Source of the DNA: Chthoniobacteraceae bacterium
Lineage (GTDB): Bacteria > Verrucomicrobiota > Verrucomicrobiia > Chthoniobacterales > Chthoniobacteraceae
DNA: 50,526 bases
NCBI GenBank assembly: GCA_040081625.1
Contig: JBEBGD010000033.1
Location: forward strand, 1-50,526
Reading direction: 5' to 3'
The position numbers were made by a program, and so were the translations under genes. Numbering within the stretch: position 1 is the first letter of the stretch; each line of letters begins with the position of its first letter. Positions 50,509-50,526 of the stretch are shown in pieces. The notes beneath the pieces were generated by a model. That model worked only from the letters and a program-made list of their open reading frames with translations. It was not told the origin of the DNA and did no database searches.

Positions 50509-50526
50509 CATCCCGAGGCACCGTCC

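Noticed and set aside
1..50526. CRISPR arrays, rRNA, transposase or integrase genes
   Set aside because: None seen; repeats are protein-level, apart from the intergenic inverted repeats reported.

Overview
High-GC bacterial window; a PVC-superphylum origin (Verrucomicrobiota/Planctomycetota-like) is inferred from the LEPR-XLL leader and gene content, not proven. LEFT (1-31360): a truncated minus-strand gene missed by the ORF track encodes a GAF-domain HlyD-type membrane-fusion protein. It is divergent from a ~30-kb gene for a ~9,960-aa secreted protein: LEPR-XLL leader, 25 tandem CARDB repeats, 9 He_PIG/cadherin-like repeats, a truncated RHS/YD module, dockerin, Big_9/Big_2, ZU5-like domain, beta-propellers, an unassigned 4x ~220-aa beta repeat, 3 SdrD-B, Calx-beta and a Lys-rich 7-bladed FG-GAP propeller. 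JUNCTION (31361-31993): a degenerate tRNA 3'-end (att-like) and two ~110-bp inverted-repeat units, one carrying two perfect opposed DnaA boxes. RIGHT (31994-50508): a lipid-centred locus. A PlpD-like patatin-Omp85, a lipoprotein amidase and a secreted RMDN-like TPR protein converge on an AsnB-type amidotransferase. That gene is divergent from a coupled operon encoding a single-module highly reducing C-methylating type I PKS, a free-standing condensation domain, a desaturase and a LolD/MacB-type ABC exporter. Best candidates for an undescribed system: (i) the PKS-C-AsnB-desaturase lipid-amide pathway with adjacent periplasmic hydrolases and a possible lipid carrier; (ii) export of the giant protein via its N-terminal leader and the GAF-HlyD adaptor. 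All domain calls are by-eye motif recognition; no searches were run, and domain boundaries are approximate.
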